DNA from: Actinomycetota bacterium
Lineage (GTDB): Bacteria; Actinomycetota; Thermoleophilia; Solirubrobacterales; JACPNS01
Assembly: GCA_016213645.1 (NCBI GenBank)
Contig: JACQZY010000001.1
Span: 15,050 to 79,049 of the forward strand
Direction: 5' to 3'
Length of the DNA stretch: 64,000 nt
The notes under the pieces were generated by a model, which made no database searches, had not been told where the DNA came from, and was given only the letters and a program-made list of their open reading frames with translations. How positions within the stretch are numbered: position 1 is the stretch's first letter; each line of letters begins with the position of its first letter. Shown here in pieces: positions 35,579 through 44,595 of this stretch. The translations under genes were made by a program, and so were the position numbers.

Positions 35579-37675
35579 GTGATCTCGGTCGTCATCCCCG
35601 TCTTCAACGGCGCGGAGTATTTGCGCGAAGTGCTCGACGCCGTCTGCGAGCAGCAGCTCGACGAGCCGCTGGAGGTGCTCGTGATCGATTCGGGCTCGAC
35701 CGACGGGTCGCTGGAGATCGCGCGCGAGTTTCCGCAGGTGCGGCTGGTCGAGATCCCAAACGAGGAGTTCGGCCACGGCCGCACGCGCAATCTCGGAGTG
35801 CGAGAAACAAGCGGTGACCTGATCGCGTTCCTTACGCAGGACGCCACCCCATCCTCACCGGAATGGCTGGCGGCCTACCGCCGCTCCTTCACGCTGGACA
35901 AACGGGTCGGCGCCGCGTTTGGCCCACATCTGCCGCGGCCCGGCGTGAATCCGCTGATGGCGCGCCTGCTGATCGACCATTTCGATTCCTTTTCGCCGAA
36001 CGGCGAGCCCGCGATCCACCGCCAAGGCGACACCACCTACCTCTCCAACTCGAACTCGTGCATCTCGCGCGAGGCGTGGGAGCACACGCCGTTTCGCGAG
36101 ATCCCCTACGCCGAAGACCAGGCCTTCGGCGCCGACGTACTGGCGAACGGGTACTCCAAGGTCTACGTGCCCGGCGCCGCCGCCTGGCACTCCCACGACT
36201 ACGGCATGGTGGAGACGTTTAAGCGCTACTTCGACGAATACCGCGGTCTCAATGACAGCGTTGGCGAGAAGACCGAAGCCTCGGCCACAAAGGCGCTGGA
36301 CGTGATCGGGTCCTCGGTGGCGGCGGATCTGAAGTTTCTTGACGAACTCGGGCAGCCGCCGCTGCGGCGGGCCGCATGGGGAGTTCGCAGCGCGGTGTAT
36401 CACGCCGGACGAGTTGGCTTCGGCGGCCTCGGCGCGCGCGCCGACCGCATCCCCGGCACGATCCGCGTCGCGCTTTCGTTCGAGGGCCGCGGTGACGGCG
36501 TCGCACGCCGCATCGAGGCCCGAGACGGTTTTCCGTTCGAAGACATCGGCATGGTTGAGCGCGAGGGAGCACTGCCGCTGGCGCCCGCGCTCAAGGAAGC
36601 CGGCGAACCGCTGCACATCGCGTGGATCATCCCGCCTTTCTCGATCGGCGGCGGCGGCCATACGACGATCTTTCGCATGGTTCAGGCGCTCGAACGCGCC
36701 GGTCACCGCTGTTCGCTGTGGGTCTATGACCCCCACCATCTTGAGCGGAAATCCGAAGCGGCCTTGCGCGCACGGATCAACGACGGATTCATGCCCCTCG
36801 AAGCGCCGGTACACGTTGGGTTCGACCATTGGACCGGCGCCGACGTGGCCGTGGCGACGGGCTGGGACACGGTCTACAGGCTTCTGCGGCTGCCGGATTG
36901 CTCGGCGCGCGCCTACTTTGTGCAAGATCACGAACCGGAGTTTTTCGCGAGTTCAAGCGAGCGCCTGTTCGCGGAGCGCAGCTACGGCTACGGACTGCAC
37001 TGCATTTGTGCAAGCCCGTGGCTTGCAGAGCTGGTGAGCGACCGCTACGAAGCACAGACGACTCCGTTTCTGCTGGGCGTAGACAGAAGCGAGTACGCGC
37101 CGCTGGAGATCCCTCGCCGCGGCGACACGGTCGTGTTTTATGCCCGGCACTTCACCGCCCGCCGCGCGGTCGAGATGGGTCTGCTGGCGCTGGCGGAAGT
37201 GCACCGCCGCAATCCCGGCACTCGCATCGTGCTTTACGGTGCGCATCTGCCGCCCCACGCACCGTTTCCGTTTGAACACCTGGGCGTGGTGTCGCCGGAG
37301 CGGCTGCGACGGCTCTACGCCGAGGCGACTGTCGGGCTCAGTCTCTCGCTGACCAATTACTCGCTGATTCCGCAGGAGATGATGGCCTGCGGCCTGCCGG
37401 TCGTGGAACTTTCCGGTCGCGCCTGCGAAGGCGTCTTCGGCGACGACGGGTCCGTGATCACGCTTGCGCGCGACAACTCGGCGAGCATCGCCGACAAGGT
37501 CTGCGAACTGCTTTCCGACGACTCACGGCGCGAGCGGTTGTCGGCCGCCGGGCTGGACTTCTGCGAACGACACCCGTGGTCGACCGCCACCAAAACGGTG
37601 AAGCACGCGTTGACGGATCTGTACGCGCGGGCCCGCGAGGGCGCACCCCGCTGGCGAGCAGGCGCACTGCTGTAG
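35579..37675 (+). CDS. bifunctional glycosyltransferase (N-terminal GT2 + C-terminal GT4)
   Basis: N-terminal half: ISVVIPVFNGAEYL...VLVIDSGSTDGS...LTQDATP. C-terminal half: GT-B, ...NYSLIPQEMMACGLPVVE. GTG start. Confidence 0.85.
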   Translation: MISVVIPVFNGAEYLREVLDAVCEQQLDEPLEVLVIDSGSTDGSLEIAREFPQVRLVEIPNEEFGHGRTRNLGVRETSGDLIAFLTQDATPSSPEWLAAYRRSFTLDKRVGAAFGPHLPRPGVNPLMARLLIDHFDSFSPNGEPAIHRQGDTTYLSNSNSCISREAWEHTPFREIPYAEDQAFGADVLANGYSKVYVPGAAAWHSHDYGMVETFKRYFDEYRGLNDSVGEKTEASATKALDVIGSSVAADLKFLDELGQPPLRRAAWGVRSAVYHAGRVGFGGLGARADRIPGTIRVALSFEGRGDGVARRIEARDGFPFEDIGMVEREGALPLAPALKEAGEPLHIAWIIPPFSIGGGGHTTIFRMVQALERAGHRCSLWVYDPHHLERKSEAALRARINDGFMPLEAPVHVGFDHWTGADVAVATGWDTVYRLLRLPDCSARAYFVQDHEPEFFASSSERLFAERSYGYGLHCICASPWLAELVSDRYEAQTTPFLLGVDRSEYAPLEIPRRGDTVVFYARHFTARRAVEMGLLALAEVHRRNPGTRIVLYGAHLPPHAPFPFEHLGVVSPERLRRLYAEATVGLSLSLTNYSLIPQEMMACGLPVVELSGRACEGVFGDDGSVITLARDNSASIADKVCELLSDDSRRERLSAAGLDFCERHPWSTATKTVKHALTDLYARAREGAPRWRAGALL

Positions 37676-37697
37676 CCGGGGGCAGCCGGATCGCCGG

Positions 37698-38423
37698 CTA
37701 CTTACGCCGCAGGCGCCGGACAAGCATCACGGTTCTGTAGGTCATCACGATCAACCGGCTGATCAGCGCGTTGACCGCCACCGCCACCGGATGGCCGGCG
37801 CCGTGTTCACGCGCGTTCTGCGCGTGCTCCTTGAACTGATCCGCGAAACCGGTGATACTGAGCGAGCCCTCGCCCATCCGAAACGACGCCAGCTCGGCGT
37901 CGATCAACACCGGCTTTGATCGCTGGGCCAGTCTCAGCCAGAGGTCGTAATCGGCCGAGTACTTGAAGCGCTCGTCAAGTGGCCCGACCGCGTCGATCAC
38001 GCCGCGCCGCACAAAGGTGGCGGGAGACGAGACGAAATTGTTGGTCAGGTACAGACGCAGGCTGAAGTGGCGCAGCAACATGTTCTTGTATGCGGTGACG
38101 AGCTTGCGCGACTCTTCGCCATCGGCGCCGATAATGCGGCAGCGACCGGTGGCCCACTCGGCGTCGGGCGAGGCGGCGAACGCCCGGCCCACCGTCAAAA
38201 GCGCCTCCGGCGCGTATAGGTCGTCCGCGTTAAGCCAGCCGATCACCTCGGATTCGGCCAGCCGCAGACCTTTATTGAACGCGTCCGTCAGACCTTCGTC
38301 TGGCTCGGACACAAAGCGCAGGCACCCTGTGCGCTCGCCCTCGCGCAGCAGTTTGAGCGTGTCGTCGGTCGAGCCACCGTCGATCACCAAGTGGTCCAGT
38401 CGCGGATACCCCTGAGATTGCAC
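37698..38423 (-). CDS. glycosyltransferase family 2 (canonical-start ORF; the conserved N-terminus continues upstream without an ATG/GTG/TTG)
   Basis: LVIDGGSTDDT...WLNADDLY. In-frame upstream codons up to 38546 encode ...IELPSITVITPTFNAAETLARTLAS, which is the GT2 beta1/PxxN region. Confidence 0.75.
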   Translation of the reverse strand: MQSQGYPRLDHLVIDGGSTDDTLKLLREGERTGCLRFVSEPDEGLTDAFNKGLRLAESEVIGWLNADDLYAPEALLTVGRAFAASPDAEWATGRCRIIGADGEESRKLVTAYKNMLLRHFSLRLYLTNNFVSSPATFVRRGVIDAVGPLDERFKYSADYDLWLRLAQRSKPVLIDAELASFRMGEGSLSITGFADQFKEHAQNAREHGAGHPVAVAVNALISRLIVMTYRTVMLVRRLRRK

Positions 38424-38527
38424 GCTCGCGAGCGTCCGCGCCAGCGTTTCAGCCGCGTTGAAGGTAGGTGTGATGACAGTTATCGAAGGCAGCTCGATGC
38501 CGTCGCCGGAGCCCGATATTTGCGCTT

Positions 38528-40159
38528 GTGATGCCAGATCGCGAGCCTATTCGGTTGCTAGGCTGGATCGACTTGCCGCCCGCGCAGACGCCCTCATCGA
38601 CCGAGTCCGACGACTCGGCAGCGACATCCGGCGGATCCGGCGGATCGCGTTCGGGCGGTTCGTTGAGTTTCGCCTCAAGCGCGCTGCTGACCGGACTTTC
38701 GCAGTCCGCGGTGATGATCGCCAGCGGCATCAACGCCGCGCTGATCGGCGCGAGATACCCGGCAAGCCACGACACCGACGGCCTTTTCACTGCATTCGCG
38801 ATCTACTCGATCGTGGTGATCATCTCGACGAGTTCACGGACGGCGATGGTCGCTCATCTGATGGACGACGAGAACCGTTTCCGACCGTTCAACGAGATTC
38901 TCGTATCGCTGGCATGGGCGACCTTGCCACTTGGCGTGCTTTTTGCACTGATCATGCCGCACTTCGTCGGCGCGACGGTCGGAACCGACGCAGGATCGAT
39001 CGCCTTCAAAGCATTGTTGATTTTGTGGCCGGCGGCGGTCGGGCAGTTCGTCGTGGCGCTCTCCGCCGCGATGCTCGGAGTGCTCGGGGACTTCCGTGCC
39101 GCCGCCGCCGCGTTTACGGCCGGGGGCGCGGCGACGGTCGTCGCGTTCATCGGGCTGGAACCGCCGGTAGGTCTGCTCGCGCTGCCGGCTGCCGTGCTGC
39201 TGGGAACGGTCGTGACGGTCGCGATCGTGATCGCGGCACTGTGGCGGCGCGGCTGGCGGCCGGTGAACCTGTCGCTCTCACCGGGGCTCGCTTGGCGATG
39301 GCAGAAGACGGTAACGCTGGGGGCGGCTTACTACATCTGTGCTCAGGGGCTGTACCTGATCAGTGTGTCGGCCGCGGGCCATTACGTGGGCGAGGGCGCC
39401 GCCACGCTGTTCGCCTACGCCTATTTCGCCACCGGCATGGCGCTGGTGATGGTCTCGATGGCCGGGTCATTCGTACTGGCGGCCGGGATCGCGGCCGACT
39501 GGAACGGCGAGGCCAAAACACTCATACCGTTCGAAAACGACATCAACCGTACGCAGCTCCTCGTCGCCGCGGCGTTCACAATGGCGACCGCGCTGATAGG
39601 AGCTGACGTGGCGGGCGCCGTGTTGAAGGAATTCAGCCACCGGGACGTCGAAACGATCGTGGACACGATGCTCGCGCTGGTGCCGATCGTGATCGCCTCG
39701 CAGTGGAGCGCCGTGCCGATCCTCGCCTTGTTCGCAAAGAAACGTTTGACAACGGTCGCGCTTTCCGGTGTGGCGGCGGTGCTGCTGCACGTGCCGATTT
39801 CGATCGCGCTTGCCGGCGGCGGCAAACTCGTCCACGTCGCGATCGCGATGTCGATCACCAATCTGTTGCTGGCGATCGTTCTGCTCGCAATCGTCCACCG
39901 CGGCGCAACCGCCGCACGGCTGGCTCAGGCACTGGCCGAAACCTTGTTGATCGCGATTGCGGCAGGCGCGTCATATCTGATCGCCAATCTGACCGTCGGG
40001 GCCCTGCACCTTGGCAACTCCGCGCAGGACTTCGCCGATTTCGCGCTGGCAAGCGGACTCTTCCTGCTCGTCGTTTGGATCGCCCTACCGCAGTTTCGCG
40101 CGATCATCACGCGCATCGCCGGTTCATTGCTCGGCGATGCGCGCCGAATTCGCGCCTGA
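38528..40159 (+). CDS. MurJ/MviN-like (MOP superfamily) flippase, second copy
   Basis: About 14 TM segments. HDTDGLFTAFAIY aligns with GTDAFFTAYGFY of 27556-29112. The start is uncertain: 38528, 38531 or TTG 38663. Confidence 0.6.
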   Translation: MMPDREPIRLLGWIDLPPAQTPSSTESDDSAATSGGSGGSRSGGSLSFASSALLTGLSQSAVMIASGINAALIGARYPASHDTDGLFTAFAIYSIVVIISTSSRTAMVAHLMDDENRFRPFNEILVSLAWATLPLGVLFALIMPHFVGATVGTDAGSIAFKALLILWPAAVGQFVVALSAAMLGVLGDFRAAAAAFTAGGAATVVAFIGLEPPVGLLALPAAVLLGTVVTVAIVIAALWRRGWRPVNLSLSPGLAWRWQKTVTLGAAYYICAQGLYLISVSAAGHYVGEGAATLFAYAYFATGMALVMVSMAGSFVLAAGIAADWNGEAKTLIPFENDINRTQLLVAAAFTMATALIGADVAGAVLKEFSHRDVETIVDTMLALVPIVIASQWSAVPILALFAKKRLTTVALSGVAAVLLHVPISIALAGGGKLVHVAIAMSITNLLLAIVLLAIVHRGATAARLAQALAETLLIAIAAGASYLIANLTVGALHLGNSAQDFADFALASGLFLLVVWIALPQFRAIITRIAGSLLGDARRIRA

Positions 40160-40177
40160 CGATCGATCGGGGAATGA

Positions 40178-41191
40178 CTAAATCTGCGTGACGGCTTCGC
40201 CCGCGAGCTGGCGTTCGACCAGTTCGAGGTCCGCGTCGACCATCAAATCGACGAGACCTTCAAAGTCCACCGACGGCGTCCAGCCGAGCTTTTCGCGCGC
40301 CTTCGAAGGGTCGCCGATCAGCAGATCCACCTCCGTCGGGCGGAAGTACTTTTCGTTGACCTCGACGTGCTTCTCCACGTCCAGCTCGGCACGTGCGAAC
40401 GCGCGTTCCACAAATTCGCGAACGCTGTGCGTCTCGCCGGTGGCAACCACGTAGTCGTCGGGCTGGTCCTGCTGAAGCATCAGCCACATCGCTTCCACAT
40501 AGTCCCGCGCATATCCCCAGTCCCGCTTGGCGTCGAGGTTGCCCAAGTAGAGCTTGTCCTGCTGCCCGTGCTTGATGCGCGCGATTGCACGCGTGATCTT
40601 GCGCGTTACAAAGGTCTCACCGCGCCGCGGCGATTCGTGGTTGAAAAGGATGCCGTTGCTGGCATGCAGTCCGTAGGCCTCGCGGTAATTGACGAACGCC
40701 CAGTACGCGTAGACCTTTGCGACCGCGTAGGGACTGCGCGGGTAAAACGGCGTGGTCTCCTTCTGCGGCGTTTCCAGCACTTTGCCGAACATTTCCGATG
40801 AACTGGCCTGGTAGATGCGGGCGGGTGACTCCGTCTCGCGAATCGCCTCCAGCAGACGCAGCGCGCCCAGCGCGCAGATCTCGCCCGTGTACTCGGGCAC
40901 TTCAAAGCTGACTTTCACGTGACTCTGGGCGGCCAGGTTGTAGATCTCGTCGGGATTGACCTTCGCGATAACGTGATTGAGCGAACTGGCGTCGTTGAGA
41001 TCGCCGTAATGAAGATGAAGATCGGTGTCGGCCACCAGCGGATCGGCATAGAGATGGTCGATGCGCGCGGTGTTGAAAGAACTCGAGCGCCGCACGAGTC
41101 CGTGGACTTCGTAACCCTTTTCAAGCAGCAGGTCTGCCAGATAGCTGCCGTCCTGGCCGGTGATACCCGTGATGAGTGCTTTTTTTCCCAT
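40178..41191 (-). CDS. gmd: GDP-mannose 4,6-dehydratase
   Basis: [61 protein letters not shown]. Confidence 0.95.
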   Translation of the reverse strand: MGKKALITGITGQDGSYLADLLLEKGYEVHGLVRRSSSFNTARIDHLYADPLVADTDLHLHYGDLNDASSLNHVIAKVNPDEIYNLAAQSHVKVSFEVPEYTGEICALGALRLLEAIRETESPARIYQASSSEMFGKVLETPQKETTPFYPRSPYAVAKVYAYWAFVNYREAYGLHASNGILFNHESPRRGETFVTRKITRAIARIKHGQQDKLYLGNLDAKRDWGYARDYVEAMWLMLQQDQPDDYVVATGETHSVREFVERAFARAELDVEKHVEVNEKYFRPTEVDLLIGDPSKAREKLGWTPSVDFEGLVDLMVDADLELVERQLAGEAVTQI

Positions 41192-41358
41192 GAATGCTCG
41201 TAACTCGCTCGTGATTGTGGAACAGAAAACGCTGCCGGAGCCGATCGGCCGGTACGGTGTGACCGGGCGCGACGCGGCACGCGGCGGGCAGTCTATTCAA
41301 ACCCGACTAAAAGCGTTTGATGCGGCGCTGTCGCTGTCGCTCCGTAAACTAATTGCCG

Positions 41359-42360
41359 ATGACGGAACAAGTCACCTCTAAACGCGCGCTGATAACGGGA
41401 ATTGGCGGCCAGGACGGCAGCTATCTGGCGGAACTGTTGCTTGGCAAGGGCTACCACGTTGAAGGAGTCGTGGAGGGCGACCCGGACCGCGAGCGTCCTG
41501 TACTGACAGCGATCAGAGACAAATTGACCCTGCACGTGACGGATCTGACCGACCGGGCCCGTGTGCATGAGTTGATTTCGCTGACCCGACCTGACGAGAT
41601 CTACAACCTCGCCGCGCCATCGTTTGTGCCGGCGTCGTGGGACGACCCGATCTCGACGATCAACTTCATGGCCGGCAGCGTGATCTGCATGCTCGAAACG
41701 ATCCACGAGCATTCGCCGCACACGCGATTCTTTCAAGCTAGTTCGTCGGAAATCTTCCGTGACGCCCACGCCAGCCCGCAAAACGAACTAACCACCGCCA
41801 AACCCGCATCGCCCTACGGAGTAGGCAAGCTCGCCGGCCACGGCCTGGTGCACTCGTACCGGGAGCGCTACGGAATCCACGCGTCGTCGGGGATTCTGTA
41901 CAACCACGAATCGCCGCGTCGGCCGGTCGACTTCGTCACGCGCAAAATCGTCAACGCCGCGGTCAGCATTTCGCTCGGCGAACTCGACGAATTGGCGCTG
42001 GGCGATCTTTCCGCACGGCGCGACTGGGGCTACGCCCCCGACTACGTCGAAGCGATGTGGCTGATGCTTCAGCAGGACCAGCCCGACGACTTCGTAGTCG
42101 CCACCGGCGTTCTGCACACCGTCGGCGAACTGGTCGACGCGGCGTTCGGATTGCTCGGACTTGACGTGGCGAAATACGTGCGCGTCGATCCGGCGTTCGT
42201 TCGCCAGGGCGACGAGGCGCTGCTGGTGGGTGATCCGTCGAAGGCCGCCGAACGGCTGGGCTGGCGCGCGAGCACGACTTTCGAACGCCTGGTGGAGATC
42301 ATGGTGAAGGCCGAACTCGAATCGCGTTCGCAGACTCCCACCGCCTATTCGATCGGCTGA
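41359..42360 (+). CDS. GDP-mannose 4,6-dehydratase-family SDR (second, divergent paralog; may be a dehydratase or a GDP-4-keto-6-deoxymannose reductase)
   Basis: [46 protein letters not shown]. It lacks the RRSSSFNT loop of the first copy. Confidence 0.75.
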   Translation: MTEQVTSKRALITGIGGQDGSYLAELLLGKGYHVEGVVEGDPDRERPVLTAIRDKLTLHVTDLTDRARVHELISLTRPDEIYNLAAPSFVPASWDDPISTINFMAGSVICMLETIHEHSPHTRFFQASSSEIFRDAHASPQNELTTAKPASPYGVGKLAGHGLVHSYRERYGIHASSGILYNHESPRRPVDFVTRKIVNAAVSISLGELDELALGDLSARRDWGYAPDYVEAMWLMLQQDQPDDFVVATGVLHTVGELVDAAFGLLGLDVAKYVRVDPAFVRQGDEALLVGDPSKAAERLGWRASTTFERLVEIMVKAELESRSQTPTAYSIG

Positions 42361-42412
42361 CGAGCGACCCGGTCGGCGACAGGGCCACCTCGTCACAGTG
42401 CGGGCGATCCGT

Positions 42413-44590
42413 TCAGGCGTATACGTGGAAACAGACGAACGTCAGGCAGACAACCGCGAATGCGGACATCAGGCCGCAGCTGAGACCCCAGGCGAATGTG
42501 CGCAGACGCGCCGGAAGGCCAAAGATCGCGCCGGCTCCGGCCACGCACAGCGCTGAAAGCGCGGGCAGGATGTAGCGGCCCTGTTCGGCAAGAATCGGGC
42601 GTCCGCCCGGCGTCGCGTACGCCCAACCGACCAGCACCACCACCGCGACCGGAAGTGTGATCACAAGTCCGACCGGCAGCCAGTTGCCGCGAAGCCACGA
42701 GCGATGGCGAACGATCGCCGCCAGACCGCTCAATCCGATCGCCAGCATCGCGGCCGCGATCGGCAGATAGACGGGAATCGGAAACGTGATCCGATGCCAC
42801 ATAAATTCGGCCCAACCGCCGACGATGTAAATGCGCCCGAACGGATGTGCGACCTGCTGCTGGTCGCCCGTCAGATGAATGAAGGGGATGAACGTCTGGA
42901 TGATGTAGTCGACGCGCTGCAGAAGCGACGGAATCGTTCGCGGGTCGGACGCAGCCTCGCCGGTGTGCACGTTGATCAGTCGCGCAGGCCATCCGGCAAT
43001 CGATGAAACGACCAGCCACGCCACGCACGTCGCCACCACCGACGCCAGAACCGCTGTTGCGCCACGAACCGCTTCGCGCGTGCGGTCTCGTAAAGCCATC
43101 ACAGCCACCCAGAAGGCCGCGAACAGCGCCGCCGACGTACCCGTGGCCTTGCCGACCGGCGCGAACGCCGCCGCGGCGCCGAGCGCCATTGACCGCCTGA
43201 TGTCCCAGCCCTTGACGGCGATCCGCATCGTCAGCCAGAGGATCAGCGCGCCCAAGACGATCACAGCGGTGTCGTTGTTGATCGAACCAGCGGAGTAGCC
43301 GGCCATCGGCTGCACAGCCGCGGCGGCGCCCGCGGCGGCGCTCGGATACCTCCGCCCGCCCAGCAACAGCGCCGCCGTCAACACGGCGAGCAACGGAACC
43401 AACGCGGCAAGCAGCGCGTTTAAGATCCTCAGCAGCACCAGCTGGTTGGCCGGACGCATCCACGTCGTCAGGCGATACGGAACCGCGAAGAGCATGTAAT
43501 ACCCGGGGCCGTGACCCGAAGCCGAGACCGTGTAGCCGCCGCCGTCGTCGGTGCGAAGGCCGTGATCGGACTTCCGCCAGGTTTCATCGCGTCGCGCCGT
43601 CCAAAACGGCCGCGCGGCTCCATCCACAACCACGCTGCGGTGGTGAATCGCCGCAAGCATCAACTGCTGGCGCGACGAATACGACCGGCGAGTGTTTCCG
43701 GAATGGGACTGGTCCCACGTGTGCCCGGTGGCGGCGAGATATTGCAGGTTCGCAAAATGCTCCGGCTCGTCGTTGCCCTGAAACGGAGGTGACACGAACG
43801 CCCATGCGGCGCCCCAAAGGAAGCCGACGCACATGAATGCCAGAGCCAGCCGCCTGACCGAGTGCCGCGGCGCCGTGACGACAAGCCACAGTCCGAACGC
43901 CGTTCCGATCACCGCCAGCAGTATCGACAGTGCCATCAGCCACGGATACGCCCAGCCGTGAAACACTTGCGAGTGAGCCACGATATCGCCGAGCTTGCCA
44001 AATTGCGTGGGGCGATCATTCGCTCCCGAGAAATACGCAATTGCCGGTTCGGGCTCCCCCAGAGCGCGCCCGCCGAGCGTGGCCGGGCGCTCGCCGCGTA
44101 ACCGCGTCACGAATGCGCCACCGACCGCCACCGATCCCGCGACTCGCAGGCAGATGCGGTCGGTTTTTTCGATCGGCCAGGCCGGTGCATCCGGCCCGGG
44201 CAGCATTCGGAAGTCGCCGGTTTCCGGCACCACGACCGGAGACGACGCCAAGTCGCGCCGACCGGTGGAGTGAAAGACCAGATGGGCCGTGGAGCCGGTT
44301 TTTGCCGCCAGCCACATTCGTACACGTCGAGTTCCGGCCGGTACGTAAACGGCGTTTACGCAAAGCTCGTGGCCGGTTTCGACCTGAGCGATCGGCGAAC
44401 CGACCCCGACCGCGTTTGAATCGAGCATGCGATCCGACCGCTGGAGCATGAACCACGCTCCCACGATCATCACGAGCAGTACGCCGAGTACGGCTCCGGC
44501 CGCGCCGAGCCTGTTCCGGCCGCCACCTTCGGACGCGGCGAAATCCGGCTTGCCCGGTGCGGGGCGCTCGGACGAACGGATTCGAGCCAT
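42413..44590 (-). CDS. large polytopic membrane protein (DUF2142-like; putative GT-C glycosyltransferase using a polyprenyl-P-sugar donor)
   Basis: 725 aa with more than 12 TM segments. Periplasmic-loop motif PPFQGNDEPEHF. Directly downstream of the membrane-anchored GT2 (6-nt gap). Confidence 0.55.
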   Translation of the reverse strand: MARIRSSERPAPGKPDFAASEGGGRNRLGAAGAVLGVLLVMIVGAWFMLQRSDRMLDSNAVGVGSPIAQVETGHELCVNAVYVPAGTRRVRMWLAAKTGSTAHLVFHSTGRRDLASSPVVVPETGDFRMLPGPDAPAWPIEKTDRICLRVAGSVAVGGAFVTRLRGERPATLGGRALGEPEPAIAYFSGANDRPTQFGKLGDIVAHSQVFHGWAYPWLMALSILLAVIGTAFGLWLVVTAPRHSVRRLALAFMCVGFLWGAAWAFVSPPFQGNDEPEHFANLQYLAATGHTWDQSHSGNTRRSYSSRQQLMLAAIHHRSVVVDGAARPFWTARRDETWRKSDHGLRTDDGGGYTVSASGHGPGYYMLFAVPYRLTTWMRPANQLVLLRILNALLAALVPLLAVLTAALLLGGRRYPSAAAGAAAAVQPMAGYSAGSINNDTAVIVLGALILWLTMRIAVKGWDIRRSMALGAAAAFAPVGKATGTSAALFAAFWVAVMALRDRTREAVRGATAVLASVVATCVAWLVVSSIAGWPARLINVHTGEAASDPRTIPSLLQRVDYIIQTFIPFIHLTGDQQQVAHPFGRIYIVGGWAEFMWHRITFPIPVYLPIAAAMLAIGLSGLAAIVRHRSWLRGNWLPVGLVITLPVAVVVLVGWAYATPGGRPILAEQGRYILPALSALCVAGAGAIFGLPARLRTFAWGLSCGLMSAFAVVCLTFVCFHVYA

Positions 44591-44595
44591 TCAGC

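Noticed and set aside
38449-38790. 113-aa minus-strand ORF upstream of the GT2, considered as a frameshifted N-terminus of that gene
   Set aside because: Its translation has no GT2 features and is antisense to the flippase N-terminus. The true GT2 N-terminus lies in the same frame as the GT2 ORF, as described in the finding on the missing start codon.
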